NCBI GenBank assembly: GCA_002299555.1 | Contig: DBOL01000103.1 | Location: forward strand, 14,062-78,061 | From: Candidatus Aminicenantes bacterium UBA647 | Lineage (GTDB): Bacteria > Acidobacteriota > Aminicenantia > UBA2199 | Reading direction: 5' to 3' | DNA length: 64,000 nucleotides | Part shown: in pieces, positions 1-9,937 of the stretch | Layout of the letters: every line of letters starts with the position of its first letter | Position numbering within the stretch: position 1 is the stretch's first letter | Position numbers and translations under genes: made by a program | The notes under the pieces: generated by a model | The model's database searches: none | Seen by the model: the letters and a program-made list of their open reading frames with translations, nothing else | What the model was told of the DNA's origin: nothing

Positions 1-770
1 AAGCAAATAATGACCCTGATGAAGTTTCAAGTGTTGAGTTTTTTGTAGATGGAGAATCTATCGGAACATCTGATTCTGAGCCGTATTCAATTCAATGGGA
101 TGCTACTGAGGCAACACTCGGGGAACATTCATTCAGCATTACAGCAACAAAAACTGATGGCTCAACATCTTCTGATGCTATCACAGCAATCCTCAATTGT
201 CCTCCGGAACTCAGTATAATCAACCTTGTGGACGGGGGATGCGTATCGGGGACCGTTGATATTGAGCTCTATGCAAATGATGACAATGATGAGCTTACAA
301 GTGTTGAGCTGTACATAGACAACGTTCTTGTAAACACATTTACATCTGCTCCTTATTCTTATACCTGGAATACAGATGGCCTGAGTGAAGGGAATCACTC
401 TGTTAAAGCTATTGCATATGAAGCAAGCGGACAATCCACTACCGACACAGTATCTGTCAAAACCTGTCCGGTCTACCAGCCTCTGAACCTTACCGGAGAT
501 TTTTCACTCAAGCAGACCATTTTCTTTAGAGAAAGCTCAGCTGTTCTTAACTGGGATTCAAATCCTGCAAACAGTTCAGTTGCGGAATATAGAATTTACC
601 GTATTATCAGAGGACTTAAAGAGCTTGCATTAACTACAGATCCGGGAACATTTACATTCAAGGAAGTTATTGATGACTCTGTAGATGTTGTGGCTTATGC
701 AGTTACAACTGTTGATAACTCCGGAAATGAATCGACCGGAGCTTTTGTTGTTCTTGAAAAAGTGAATTAG
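1..770 (+). CDS. 5'-truncated secreted/surface protein with tandem Ig-like repeats and an FN3-like C-terminal domain
   Basis: Frame 3 is open from the window edge (first full codon at nt 3) into the listed 228..770 ORF. Two consecutive ~85-aa repeats share the same pattern (VEFFVDGESIGTSDSEPYSIQWDATEATLGEHSFSITA / VELYIDNVLVNTFTSAPYSYTWNTDGLSEGNHSVKAIA), typical of bacterial Ig-like modules. The last ~95 aa are beta-rich (AEYRIYR...TVDNSGNES). Stop TAG at 768..770. Confidence 0.7.
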   Translation, partial: ANNDPDEVSSVEFFVDGESIGTSDSEPYSIQWDATEATLGEHSFSITATKTDGSTSSDAITAILNCPPELSIINLVDGGCVSGTVDIELYANDDNDELTSVELYIDNVLVNTFTSAPYSYTWNTDGLSEGNHSVKAIAYEASGQSTTDTVSVKTCPVYQPLNLTGDFSLKQTIFFRESSAVLNWDSNPANSSVAEYRIYRIIRGLKELALTTDPGTFTFKEVIDDSVDVVAYAVTTVDNSGNESTGAFVVLEKVN

Positions 771-789
771 TAATTTAATAAATCGATGA

Positions 790-821
790 TCCGGGTGCTG
801 TAATAGTGCCCGGATTATTTT
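790..821. terminator. Hairpin between convergent genes (putative bidirectional terminator)
   Basis: TCCGGG (790..795) and CCCGGA (809..814) form an inverted repeat followed by TTATTTT. It lies between the plus-strand stop at 768..770 and the minus-strand stop at 820..822. Confidence 0.45.
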
Positions 822-2697
822 ATAAATATCCCAAACTTTTCAATTTCGACTTGTTTTTTTCTGAAAGATCAATTACCTTCGCTTTATTCCTGTTATTAAA
901 AATATTCCTCTTTATCCTGTTGATCCTGTTTTTTAAATAACTGAAAACCTTATTATGTTTCTCGAGACCGACAATATTATTTTTTTCATTCTTATCTGAA
1001 TCAAGATCATACAACTCGTAATCAGTATATTGCGGGGGAGGAAATTTTGAATAGTATTCTAATAATTCAGTAGAATATCTAAAATTATAGATCAATTTAA
1101 AATTTTTCCATATAACTGCAATTTTTTGAGGAAATTTGCCAACTCCATGTTTTTTAGAAGTGATGTATTTAATAACTGAAACAACCAGCCTGTCATTTTT
1201 GTTCTCTTTGTTTTTGATAAAGCCCATCAATGATTGCCCGTCAGAATTGATATTGTCAATCTTCAGATAATCGAACAAAGTTGGAAAAATATCAATAATA
1301 CTTGCATTCTCTTTTACTCTGATACCCTTATATTTGCTACCGGGAAATTTAATGATCAAAGGTATTCTAATTAATTCATTATATAAAGAATGTCCATGAC
1401 CCCAGGCTTTATGATCAAAGAATTCTTCACCATGATCAGCCAACAGGATGATAGTGGATTTATCATATATCTTTATTGACTTTAAATAATTAACAAACTC
1501 CCCAAAATGATGATCGAAAAACTCTATTTCTGCTTTATACAAGCCCTTGAATATATCGCCCCTTCTCTCTGATAGATTTCTGAATATCGAAGCTCGTCCT
1601 CTTGTGTTTTTATCACCAAGCGATTGAGGAATTCTCACTCTCTTTGGAAATCCCTTTTTGCTCAGGCTTTCAGAATACTTAAAACCTTTATGGGACTGAT
1701 ACGGACTATGTACCTGGTAAGTATGTAGAAAAGAAAAAACATTTGAAACAGAAACTGAATCTACAAATTCCCTGTTCTTTTTAAACATTTTTTCAACTTC
1801 ATTAATATTTTGATTCATATTAAAGTTTTTCCCTTTCCAACTTATAGATTTATAGTAATCAAATCCTCGAAAGTATCCGTACTTAGAATCAAGGAATATT
1901 CCTCCGTTGATACTGAATAAATAATTTTTTTCAAACATCACTTCCGGATATATGGGGAGCTTATCTGAAAGTGCCATATCTGAATTATATACCCAATGAT
2001 TGTAAACATTATTTCCTGTGAATAATGAGATATGAGCAGGAAGTGTCCAGCTTGATGTACTATAACAATTATCAAATACTACACTATCTTTTGAGAACTC
2101 AGTTATATTATCACTTATATTATCCTTATTCCCGTAAAGCTCAAGATAATCTGCTCTCAATGTGTCAGCTACGATCAGGAAAACATAAGAGTTTTTGATG
2201 CTGATGGAAACAACCGGGTCTGAAATTAATACTTTCCCTTTACCCCTTAAAGTTAATATAAGGTCATCTCCTGATCTGAATTTCCTTTTTTGAGAAATAT
2301 TTAAAGTTGATACAAGTTCCTTTTTTCCCAGAAGTTTTTCTCGATTGCGTTTTGATTTGTGAACAAGATCAACACTTATCCCGCCTGAATCACTGCCGGA
2401 GATATCATAAATTGAGAAAAAAACATTTAAATCTCCTGATCTTTTTATGTCAATTGGTATCTTTATTACTCCTTTAAGATCATAAATCTTACCTTTAATT
2501 GACAGGTTCTCTTTTTCATTAAAAAAATATCCCTGCTTCTTTCCGGAGAATTCTTTTTCGCTTATGGGGCTACTATTCCCGACTATTTTTTCGTTTGATA
2601 ATGGTTCCAGTCTAAATTGCTCATTATCATTATTAAATGAGCTCAAAGTAAGAATACCAATAATAAAAAACCATATCGAATACTTTAATATCTTCAT
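820..2697 (-). CDS. Secreted alkaline-phosphatase-superfamily ('sulfatase-like') hydrolase/transferase, Thr-nucleophile type
   Basis: 625 aa with an N-terminal hydrophobic signal (IWFFIIGILTLSS). Core motifs LIVADTLRADY, HTYQVHSPY, LLADHGEEF, ELYDLDSDKNE. Thr (SSW-T-LPAH, codon 2044..2046) sits where true sulfatases carry the Cys/Ser of C/S-x-P-x-R. Ends in LKSLGYL. Confidence 0.8.
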   Translation of the reverse strand: MKILKYSIWFFIIGILTLSSFNNDNEQFRLEPLSNEKIVGNSSPISEKEFSGKKQGYFFNEKENLSIKGKIYDLKGVIKIPIDIKRSGDLNVFFSIYDISGSDSGGISVDLVHKSKRNREKLLGKKELVSTLNISQKRKFRSGDDLILTLRGKGKVLISDPVVSISIKNSYVFLIVADTLRADYLELYGNKDNISDNITEFSKDSVVFDNCYSTSSWTLPAHISLFTGNNVYNHWVYNSDMALSDKLPIYPEVMFEKNYLFSINGGIFLDSKYGYFRGFDYYKSISWKGKNFNMNQNINEVEKMFKKNREFVDSVSVSNVFSFLHTYQVHSPYQSHKGFKYSESLSKKGFPKRVRIPQSLGDKNTRGRASIFRNLSERRGDIFKGLYKAEIEFFDHHFGEFVNYLKSIKIYDKSTIILLADHGEEFFDHKAWGHGHSLYNELIRIPLIIKFPGSKYKGIRVKENASIIDIFPTLFDYLKIDNINSDGQSLMGFIKNKENKNDRLVVSVIKYITSKKHGVGKFPQKIAVIWKNFKLIYNFRYSTELLEYYSKFPPPQYTDYELYDLDSDKNEKNNIVGLEKHNKVFSYLKNRINRIKRNIFNNRNKAKVIDLSEKNKSKLKSLGYL

Positions 2698-2815
2698 AAC
2701 ACCCCCGAAATCAAGTTGTATGTTATTTTCTAATTATAACCATCTCAAATCAAACACTTTAAATTTCAACAAACTAAATAGCATTGTTTGTCAAAAAATG
2801 TTATTCAACAACTAT

Positions 2816-4618
2816 TTAAAGATACCCAAGCGACCTTAACTCTTTTTTAACATCCTCTGAGAGTTCACTGATTTTCTTTCTGTCCTTCCTCTTTTTGTCC
2901 AATTGAAATGATTTTATATAGTTAAGAAGATTAAATTTTAGTTTTTTATAGATATTCGGAAGTTCCCCTTTTGTCAGATCTGCAGCTTCCAACCTGTCGC
3001 TTTCCAGATCATAGAACTCCTCTACTTCGATCGGATATGGATTCCCGTATTGGGTTTTAGCTACTACCCCATCCGGATTATAGATAAATTTCCATTTATC
3101 TCCTGTTATCGACAATATCCTGTTGTTCTCAGATTCTGCAAAAAGATAACGGTTCTTTCTCTTGGCCTCACCCCTGATCAGGGGCATCAACGATTCGCCT
3201 GTCATTCTGTACTCTGTCTCAATTCCAAAATAGTCAAGTAGTGTAGGCATAAAATCCATGATAGAAACATTCTGATCTATTATCCCCTTATATTCTGAAT
3301 TCGGGAACTTTATTATTAACGGGACATGAAGAGATGTGTTATAAATTGACGGGTGATGGAAGAAGTGGTTGTTATGCTGGTAAAGGTCCTCACCATGATC
3401 TGCTGAAATTACTATCAAAGTGTTTTCCCATATATTTTTTTCTTTCATAACATCAAAGATCTCCTGGATCCACTCATCGATCTGCAGGAGTTCCCCTGCA
3501 TAACAATTCCGGATATGATCAATATCATGTTCAGTCACTTTCTTTTCACCTGCGGTGATCTTTTTTAATACAGGCCCGACTGCTTTAAATACATTGCCGG
3601 TATATTCTTCAGGCTCGATCATGGAAAGGATTCTCTTCGAAGGGCGGTATCCTGAATGGACACCGAGAAAGTGTAACCAGAGGAAGAATTTCTTCCTGTA
3701 ATTCTTTTCAAGAAAACTTTTTGCGCTATTCTTTAACTTCTTGTCCTTTCTGAAAAAACTCTTTACAATATCAAAACCGCCTATATCAAGTTGAAATGCA
3801 TTTGCCCGGTATGACACAGAGAACCATTCGCTAAAAAGGTGGTGGCCTAATGATAATATCCCACTCTTAAGTTGGTCTCCATTGTTCTGGACACCATGTT
3901 CAAAAGGCATTCTGGATCTGGCGATGGATGATAGTGCAGGCCAGGTAGAAGCAATGGGAGTATATGCTTTTGTGAAAACCAGATTTTCATCAGCGATCTT
4001 GTCTAAATTAGGGCTGAAGCTTATTTTATCAGGATAAAGTTCCTTAAGTTTTCTATAATACCCAAGGTAATCAGCTCTGAGCGTATCAATAGTGATCAGC
4101 AGAATATTCTTATTCTTTCTGTGATCGGGCCCCTTTTTCGGAATTATTATCAGTCCAATAAGATCAAAATTATCTCCATTCGATCCGGCACTGTCTTTTA
4201 TGGAAAAGGTGAGTTTATCATCTCTCCCCAGCGCAATCGCAACTTTGATCGATTTTCTGAACTGCATATTTGAGTCATTTATGTAAAATTCGTTTTTATC
4301 AAGATCTAATGTAAGGAGAGCTTCATTCTGATTCTTTATCACTAACTCTATTTTTCGATTCTTCCAATCTTCGTCTTTTAGTGTCGTCAGGATGAAATCA
4401 AAAGTAAGATATCCGGCGATTTTAATACCTGGTGACCATTCAAATCCCTCTTTTACCGGAACATTTATATTTACCAGTTTTTCACCTTTAAATCGCTTGA
4501 TACTGAATTTTTCAAAATCATCATATGAACGTACAAAACTTTTGTCACTCTTACCGGAACAACCCGGAAAGATCACCACCAAAACAAGAAAAACTAATAG
4601 TATTTTATATGTTTTCAT
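2816..4618 (-). CDS. Lipoprotein-type alkaline-phosphatase-superfamily ('sulfatase-like') hydrolase/transferase, paralog of 820..2697
   Basis: 600 aa with a signal ending VIFPGC. Core motifs LLITIDTLRADY, LHFLGVHSGY, ISADHGEDL, EFYDLESDRLE. Thr (AS-T-WPAL, codon 3944..3946) at the formylglycine position. Ends in LRSLGYL. Confidence 0.8.
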   Translation of the reverse strand: MKTYKILLVFLVLVVIFPGCSGKSDKSFVRSYDDFEKFSIKRFKGEKLVNINVPVKEGFEWSPGIKIAGYLTFDFILTTLKDEDWKNRKIELVIKNQNEALLTLDLDKNEFYINDSNMQFRKSIKVAIALGRDDKLTFSIKDSAGSNGDNFDLIGLIIIPKKGPDHRKNKNILLITIDTLRADYLGYYRKLKELYPDKISFSPNLDKIADENLVFTKAYTPIASTWPALSSIARSRMPFEHGVQNNGDQLKSGILSLGHHLFSEWFSVSYRANAFQLDIGGFDIVKSFFRKDKKLKNSAKSFLEKNYRKKFFLWLHFLGVHSGYRPSKRILSMIEPEEYTGNVFKAVGPVLKKITAGEKKVTEHDIDHIRNCYAGELLQIDEWIQEIFDVMKEKNIWENTLIVISADHGEDLYQHNNHFFHHPSIYNTSLHVPLIIKFPNSEYKGIIDQNVSIMDFMPTLLDYFGIETEYRMTGESLMPLIRGEAKRKNRYLFAESENNRILSITGDKWKFIYNPDGVVAKTQYGNPYPIEVEEFYDLESDRLEAADLTKGELPNIYKKLKFNLLNYIKSFQLDKKRKDRKKISELSEDVKKELRSLGYL

Positions 4619-4647
4619 TTTTATTACCCTGGAAATTATATCATCAA

Positions 4648-5580
4648 TTATTCAAAATGGTCAAAACCTTTTCTCTCAGGTTCAAACTCCCTGCCATGAT
4701 ATTCTATGCTGACACCTTCTCCATCTATGACATCACCGATAATATGGTATTTTACTGCTGATTTTTTCATCTCCTTCTCTTTGTCTGAAGAGATCGTAAA
4801 CAGAAGAGAGAAATCTTCCCCACCGGCCAGAACATGATCTGTTTCAATCAGGCCATATTTTTCACATATGGTCCTCATATCCTCTGTAACCGGAATGTTT
4901 TCATATTTGATCCGGGCTCCTTTATTCGAATTGTCCATTATCCTGCCAAGATCTATCACCAGTCCGTCTGAAACATCGATCATCGAATTGACAAATCCGG
5001 AAAAGATATTTCCACTGGCAAGTTCCGGATCTGGGACTTTATGCCTACCCGAATAATAAGGGATATCTATACCCCGTTTCAAAAGTTCCAGGCCGAGTGA
5101 AGATTCACCTGTTACTCTGGAGATACCTATCAGGTCTCCAGTTCTGGCTCCATCCCTTCTTATCGGGTTAATTGAACTCCCTACCATAGTTATTGATATA
5201 AAAAGTTTGTCAGGTGAAGAGGAGATATCTCCCCCGGCAAGTTTAACATTCCATTTATTACTTCTGTTTTTCAACTCTTTGAAGAATCGAAAAAGCTTTT
5301 CGTCTTTAAAATTCTCAGGGAATCCTATGCCGAGAAAAAAATACTCCGGCTTTCCACCCATAGCAGCTATATCGCTGAGGTTTACAGCAAGAGCTCTGGC
5401 TGCAACTTCCTCAGGAGTAAAATATGACTGGTCAAAATGAACACCTTCGATCAGGATATCCTTTGTTATCAGCTGAAATCCATCTCCTTTCTTTATTATT
5501 GAAGTATCATCTCCGATCCCGATACCATCTTCAAAAGGAAATTCAGATTTCAGAAACTTAACAAAACTGTTCTCATCCAT
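4648..5580 (-). CDS. thiL: Thiamine-monophosphate kinase
   Basis: 310 aa. Motifs GIGDDTSII...DILIEGVHF, AVNLSDIAAMGG and LAGGDIS match the AIR-synthase-related fold pattern of ThiL. Confidence 0.85.
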   Translation of the reverse strand: MDENSFVKFLKSEFPFEDGIGIGDDTSIIKKGDGFQLITKDILIEGVHFDQSYFTPEEVAARALAVNLSDIAAMGGKPEYFFLGIGFPENFKDEKLFRFFKELKNRSNKWNVKLAGGDISSSPDKLFISITMVGSSINPIRRDGARTGDLIGISRVTGESSLGLELLKRGIDIPYYSGRHKVPDPELASGNIFSGFVNSMIDVSDGLVIDLGRIMDNSNKGARIKYENIPVTEDMRTICEKYGLIETDHVLAGGEDFSLLFTISSDKEKEMKKSAVKYHIIGDVIDGEGVSIEYHGREFEPERKGFDHFE

Positions 5581-5590
5581 TAAATATCTG

Positions 5591-7969
5591 CTATTTCATT
5601 GCTTCTGCAACCGCAACATTAATATCCCGGACAAAAACAAATTCGATCCCTTTTAGGTAGACCTTATTAATGTCTACAAGATCATTCTTATTCTTCTCAG
5701 GAAGAATTATTTTTTTTATTCCTGCACGTTTTGCTGCCAGAACCTTCTCTTTTATACCGCCAACAGGCAATACTTTTCCTCTGAGCGTGATCTCACCGGT
5801 CATTGAAACTTTTCTGTTAACTTTCCTCTTGCTGAAGAGTGAGGTCAGAGCAGTAGTAAGAGCTACACCTGCAGATGGACCATCCTTGGGTATCCCACCC
5901 TCAGGAAGATGAATATGGATATCATATTTTTCAAACAATTCTTCATCAATTCCTAATTCCTCACTTCGGGATTTGATAAAACTCAGTGCTGCTGTTGCCG
6001 ATTCCTGCATTACTTTGCCAAGAGATCCTGTTAATATAAGTTTCCCCTTCCCAGGTATAAGTTTAGCTTCAATGAACAGGATGTCCCCTCCATAAGGGGT
6101 CCAGGCCATTCCTGTAGCAACACCAACCATATCTTCTTCAAGAAGCTGGTCTCTGAATAATTTTGGCGGGCCTGAGTAATCCTCTAAATTTTTATTTGTA
6201 ATTTTGAAGAGTTTATTTTCCCCGGTAGCAACTTTGTGAGCAACTTTACGACAAACAGAACCTATTTCTCTTTCAAGATTTCTCACTCCTGCTTCTCTTG
6301 TATACATCCCGATTATATTTCTTGTAGCCCCGGTTGAGAATGATATTAATTTCCTTGACAATCCATTGGATTTTATCTGCCTTGGGATCAAATGCTTTTT
6401 CGCTATTTCAATCTTCTCTTCTTCTGTATAACCGTGAATATTTATTATCTCCATCCGGTCCCTGAAAGCGGGCTGGATCGGCTCAAGCAAATTTGCGGTT
6501 GTGATAAACAGAACCTTTGACAGATCAAATGAAACTCCAAGATAATGATCTGTGAATGTATCATTTTGCTCCGGATCAAGCACCTCAAGCAGTGCTGACG
6601 AGGGATCTCCCCTGGAATCAGAACCTATCTTATCAACTTCATCCATCATGAAAACGGGATTGTTTGAACCGGCCTTTTTAATTTCCTGGATTATCTTTCC
6701 TGGAAGCGCACCTATATAGGTCCGTCTGTGTCCTCTGATCTCCGCTTCATCATGGACTCCTCCAAGAGAAACTCTCACGAAATTTTTGTTTAGCGCCCTC
6801 GCAATAGATCTGCCCAATGATGTCTTCCCGACCCCGGGAGGTCCAACAAAACAGAGGATAGGCCCTGTCGCTTTTGAAGTTAGCTTCCTGACACTGAGAT
6901 ATTCCAGTATTCTTTCCTTAACCTTATCAAGTCCGTAGTGGTCAGCATCAAGTATCGCCTTTGCTCGAATCAGATCAAGGTTGTCTGGAGTGGATTCTTC
7001 CCATGGAATATCAAGCATCCAATCCAGATAGTTTCGCACAACAGTACTTTCTGCTGACTCGGGATGCATTTTTTTCAATTTTTCTATATTTTTATTTATC
7101 TCTTTTTTTGCCTCTTTCGGAACTTCGATCTCACTTAATTTAGTTTTATAGTTGTTGATCTCCCCTTCGTTTTCATCAGTCTCACCTAATTCTTTTTTTA
7201 TTGCAGCAAGTTGCTGTCTTAAAAAATATTCCCTCTGGTTCTTGTCCATCTCTCCCTGGGCTTTTAAATTTATCTGATTCTGAATGTTCAAGAGTTCAAG
7301 TTCATAGTTCAAAAAATCATAAACTTTGCTTAACCTCGGGATAGACCTCTCCTCATTTAATATCTCCTGAGAACTCTCAAGTTTCAGGTCAAGATTAGAT
7401 GCAATAATATCAGCAAGTTTTCCAGGCTCTTTTATATTCTCTGCAATAACAAAAATCTCATTAGGGATCTGTTTCCCAAGTTTTGCAGTCTGTTCAAACT
7501 TTTCCCTTACATTCTTTATAATTGCCTTATCCTTTATTGTAAGTCTCTTCGATTCCTTATCTTCAATAATATTGATCTTTGCAATACGAAGTTTACCATT
7601 ATCGTTGATCGTTTTTACCTTTGCCCTTGAAATCCCCTGGGCAAGCACCCTCATCCTCCCGTCAGGGAGTTTCAACATCCTGACAATGAGTGCAACTGTT
7701 CCCATCTTATACATCTCATCCGGTTTCGGATTCTCAACAGTTGCATCCTTCTGTGTCAACAGAAGTATCATCCTGTCCCCGTTAAGTGCTTTATCAATTG
7801 CCCTCTTGGATTTAACTCTCCCTACATAAAGGGGTACGATCATATATGGGAAAACCACTATATCCCTTAAAACCAGAACCGGGATTTTCTCGGGAATATC
7901 AAGCTTTTCCGCATTTTCTTTTTTTATATCAATTGCTTTGTTTTTTTTCTCTTCAGCCAATTTTATCAC
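5591..7969 (-). CDS. lon: ATP-dependent Lon protease
   Basis: 792 aa. LON N-domain (VLVLRDIVVFPYMIVPLYVGR), Walker A GPPGVGKTS, catalytic Ser in PKDGPSAG and Lys in PVGGIKEK. Confidence 0.97.
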   Translation of the reverse strand: MIKLAEEKKNKAIDIKKENAEKLDIPEKIPVLVLRDIVVFPYMIVPLYVGRVKSKRAIDKALNGDRMILLLTQKDATVENPKPDEMYKMGTVALIVRMLKLPDGRMRVLAQGISRAKVKTINDNGKLRIAKINIIEDKESKRLTIKDKAIIKNVREKFEQTAKLGKQIPNEIFVIAENIKEPGKLADIIASNLDLKLESSQEILNEERSIPRLSKVYDFLNYELELLNIQNQINLKAQGEMDKNQREYFLRQQLAAIKKELGETDENEGEINNYKTKLSEIEVPKEAKKEINKNIEKLKKMHPESAESTVVRNYLDWMLDIPWEESTPDNLDLIRAKAILDADHYGLDKVKERILEYLSVRKLTSKATGPILCFVGPPGVGKTSLGRSIARALNKNFVRVSLGGVHDEAEIRGHRRTYIGALPGKIIQEIKKAGSNNPVFMMDEVDKIGSDSRGDPSSALLEVLDPEQNDTFTDHYLGVSFDLSKVLFITTANLLEPIQPAFRDRMEIINIHGYTEEEKIEIAKKHLIPRQIKSNGLSRKLISFSTGATRNIIGMYTREAGVRNLEREIGSVCRKVAHKVATGENKLFKITNKNLEDYSGPPKLFRDQLLEEDMVGVATGMAWTPYGGDILFIEAKLIPGKGKLILTGSLGKVMQESATAALSFIKSRSEELGIDEELFEKYDIHIHLPEGGIPKDGPSAGVALTTALTSLFSKRKVNRKVSMTGEITLRGKVLPVGGIKEKVLAAKRAGIKKIILPEKNKNDLVDINKVYLKGIEFVFVRDINVAVAEAMK

Positions 7970-7970
7970 C

Positions 7971-8372
7971 TCATTTTATCTTGACAGTTATTTTCTCTGT
8001 CACCTTCTTGAACACTTCTATAATCAGCACTCCATTTTCCATTACCGATCTTATGTTTTCGGTATCTATCGGAATGTCAATATGGATCCTCTTGAAAAAA
8101 CCTCCAAACTTCCTCTCAAACAAATAATATTTGATTCCCGACTCGTGAAGCCATGATTGCTTTTTTATCCCCTTTACAACCAATTCCTTACCCTCCTCGA
8201 GGGTAATCGAAATATCTTCAATGCTCACTCCGGCCAACTCCATCTCCACCACTAAGGATTTGTCGGTTTCAAAAATATTCGTACTCGGCTCCCAGTCTTT
8301 ACTGGTACTGATACCAGTAGGAAAGCCAGTCTCCTCACTCAGATCAAAAAAAGGATAGTTTTTCTTACCCAT
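7971..8372 (-). CDS. Small heat-shock protein, Hsp20/alpha-crystallin family
   Basis: 133 aa. Alpha-crystallin core LVVEMELAGVSIEDISITLEEGKELVVKG ... ENGVLIIEV. Abuts nrdR with 0-nt spacing and lon with 1-nt spacing. Confidence 0.85.
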   Translation of the reverse strand: MGKKNYPFFDLSEETGFPTGISTSKDWEPSTNIFETDKSLVVEMELAGVSIEDISITLEEGKELVVKGIKKQSWLHESGIKYYLFERKFGGFFKRIHIDIPIDTENIRSVMENGVLIIEVFKKVTEKITVKIK

Positions 8373-8828
8373 CTAATCCTCCTTTTTCAAAAGGCTGTGA
8401 AGTTCTGTCATAAACTCTTCCAGACTTCTGAAATCAAAATATACCGAAGCAAATCTTACATATGCGACTTTATCCAACGATTTCAATTTGTCCATTATAA
8501 ATTGTCCGATTGCTTTTGTAGAGATCTCTTTCTCCATATCAGACACCTTTTCCTCTACCTGAAGTGCAACCTGTTCAATCTGTTTCTTGGATATCGGTCT
8601 TTTCTCGACGGCGCGATACAACCCCTTCCTTACCTTATCTAGATCGAATTCCTCTCTCCGTCCATCTTTTTTCTCCACCATTAGAGGAATCCCTTCGATT
8701 TTTTCGTAAGTCGTGAACCGCTTCCCACATCCAAGACATTCACGTCTTCTTCTTATATATTTTCCATCTTTGCTCTCTCTTGTTTCAACAACCTTATCTT
8801 CTATGCTATTGCATTCAGGACATTTCAT
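8373..8828 (-). CDS. nrdR: Transcriptional repressor NrdR
   Basis: Zn ribbon CPECNS...CLGCGKRFTTYE followed by an ATP-cone. Canonical NrdR begins M-x-CP, so I prefer the ATG at 8828 over the ORF-track start at 8843. Confidence 0.9.
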   Translation of the reverse strand: MKCPECNSIEDKVVETRESKDGKYIRRRRECLGCGKRFTTYEKIEGIPLMVEKKDGRREEFDLDKVRKGLYRAVEKRPISKKQIEQVALQVEEKVSDMEKEISTKAIGQFIMDKLKSLDKVAYVRFASVYFDFRSLEEFMTELHSLLKKED

Positions 8829-9858
8829 CTGTTTTTTCTCCAACCTTTTTTATTGAACTCATTTTCAACCCTTTTGAAGAAAATGATATAAATCCCGGTA
8901 CAACTATTACCAGGATAATCAGAACGTGGACAAGTAATGTATAAGCTGCAGCTTCGTTAATATTCACGATGCTTTGTCCGGCAGAATTTTTGTATAACTC
9001 AAGGAGTCCATGCTTTGATGCTGCATCAAGACTTCCAGCCATTCCCGGTGTTGGTATTGCTGCAGACATAACGATCAGGCTGAAATACGGGATAGTATCA
9101 AGTATAGATATTGAAGAACCGAACTTAAAACCCTGCATCAGGTACCAGTAGAACGGGACAAGATAGACCCAGACCAGGACCGAGGACAAAAGTAATTTCA
9201 GAGAATCCGTAAAGCTCAATTTCAGTTTAAGTCCTCTTATAAAGCTCAGTAAGAAGTCTGTTGTCTTCTCCCGAGACCTCTCCGGTACTATTCTCAAAAA
9301 AAATCTGAGGATTCTCTCCACTATATTAAATATTCCCGGAATATTGATCAGATAGAACATAATAAAAATTGAAATCACGATTGGAAGAAAGATCACCCCT
9401 CCGGACTTCAGTTTCTCAAGCAGAATCGAATTGCTGCTGTCTATAAACAGAAGAGAGGTGAAAAAAAGTACAACTATCATCAGTGAGTCTATCATCCTTT
9501 CGATCACGATCGTTGCAAGACCGGACCCGGGCTCAAGCCCCTCTTCTCTGGCAATGAGTATTCCACGCGCAGGCTCTCCGATCCTTCCCGGTATCAATGT
9601 GTTTATAAACATTCCGATTAGAGAGTAGTGATAAAGATTAAGGATCGAAATATTTTTTTTAAATGGATGGAACAATATTCCCCACCTGTATGCCCTGATA
9701 AAGAACTGCGTATAAAGACCGGCTAAAAAGACAATGATGAATAATGGATTAACATTTTTTATTATATCGATAACCATCTTAAATTCTACATTCTGAAAAA
9801 AGAAATATAATAGGATAAAAACCAGTATAAGAACAATGAGGAACTTTAAATATTTCAT
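8815..9858 (-). CDS. Polytopic membrane protein, UPF0104 / LPG-synthase-TM (flippase-like) family
   Basis: 347 aa with about 8 hydrophobic helices. The RAYRWGILF region and overall layout resemble the lysyl-PG-synthase transmembrane (flippase-like) family. Its 3' end overlaps the nrdR start. Confidence 0.5.
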   Translation of the reverse strand: MKYLKFLIVLILVFILLYFFFQNVEFKMVIDIIKNVNPLFIIVFLAGLYTQFFIRAYRWGILFHPFKKNISILNLYHYSLIGMFINTLIPGRIGEPARGILIAREEGLEPGSGLATIVIERMIDSLMIVVLFFTSLLFIDSSNSILLEKLKSGGVIFLPIVISIFIMFYLINIPGIFNIVERILRFFLRIVPERSREKTTDFLLSFIRGLKLKLSFTDSLKLLLSSVLVWVYLVPFYWYLMQGFKFGSSISILDTIPYFSLIVMSAAIPTPGMAGSLDAASKHGLLELYKNSAGQSIVNINEAAAYTLLVHVLIILVIVVPGFISFSSKGLKMSSIKKVGEKTDEMS

Positions 9859-9937
9859 TGAGAAAATATAGATCTTTTTCCCGAAAATGTCAATAATAAC
9901 TTATATAACCTTATTGGTTGGAAATCACAAAAAACTG

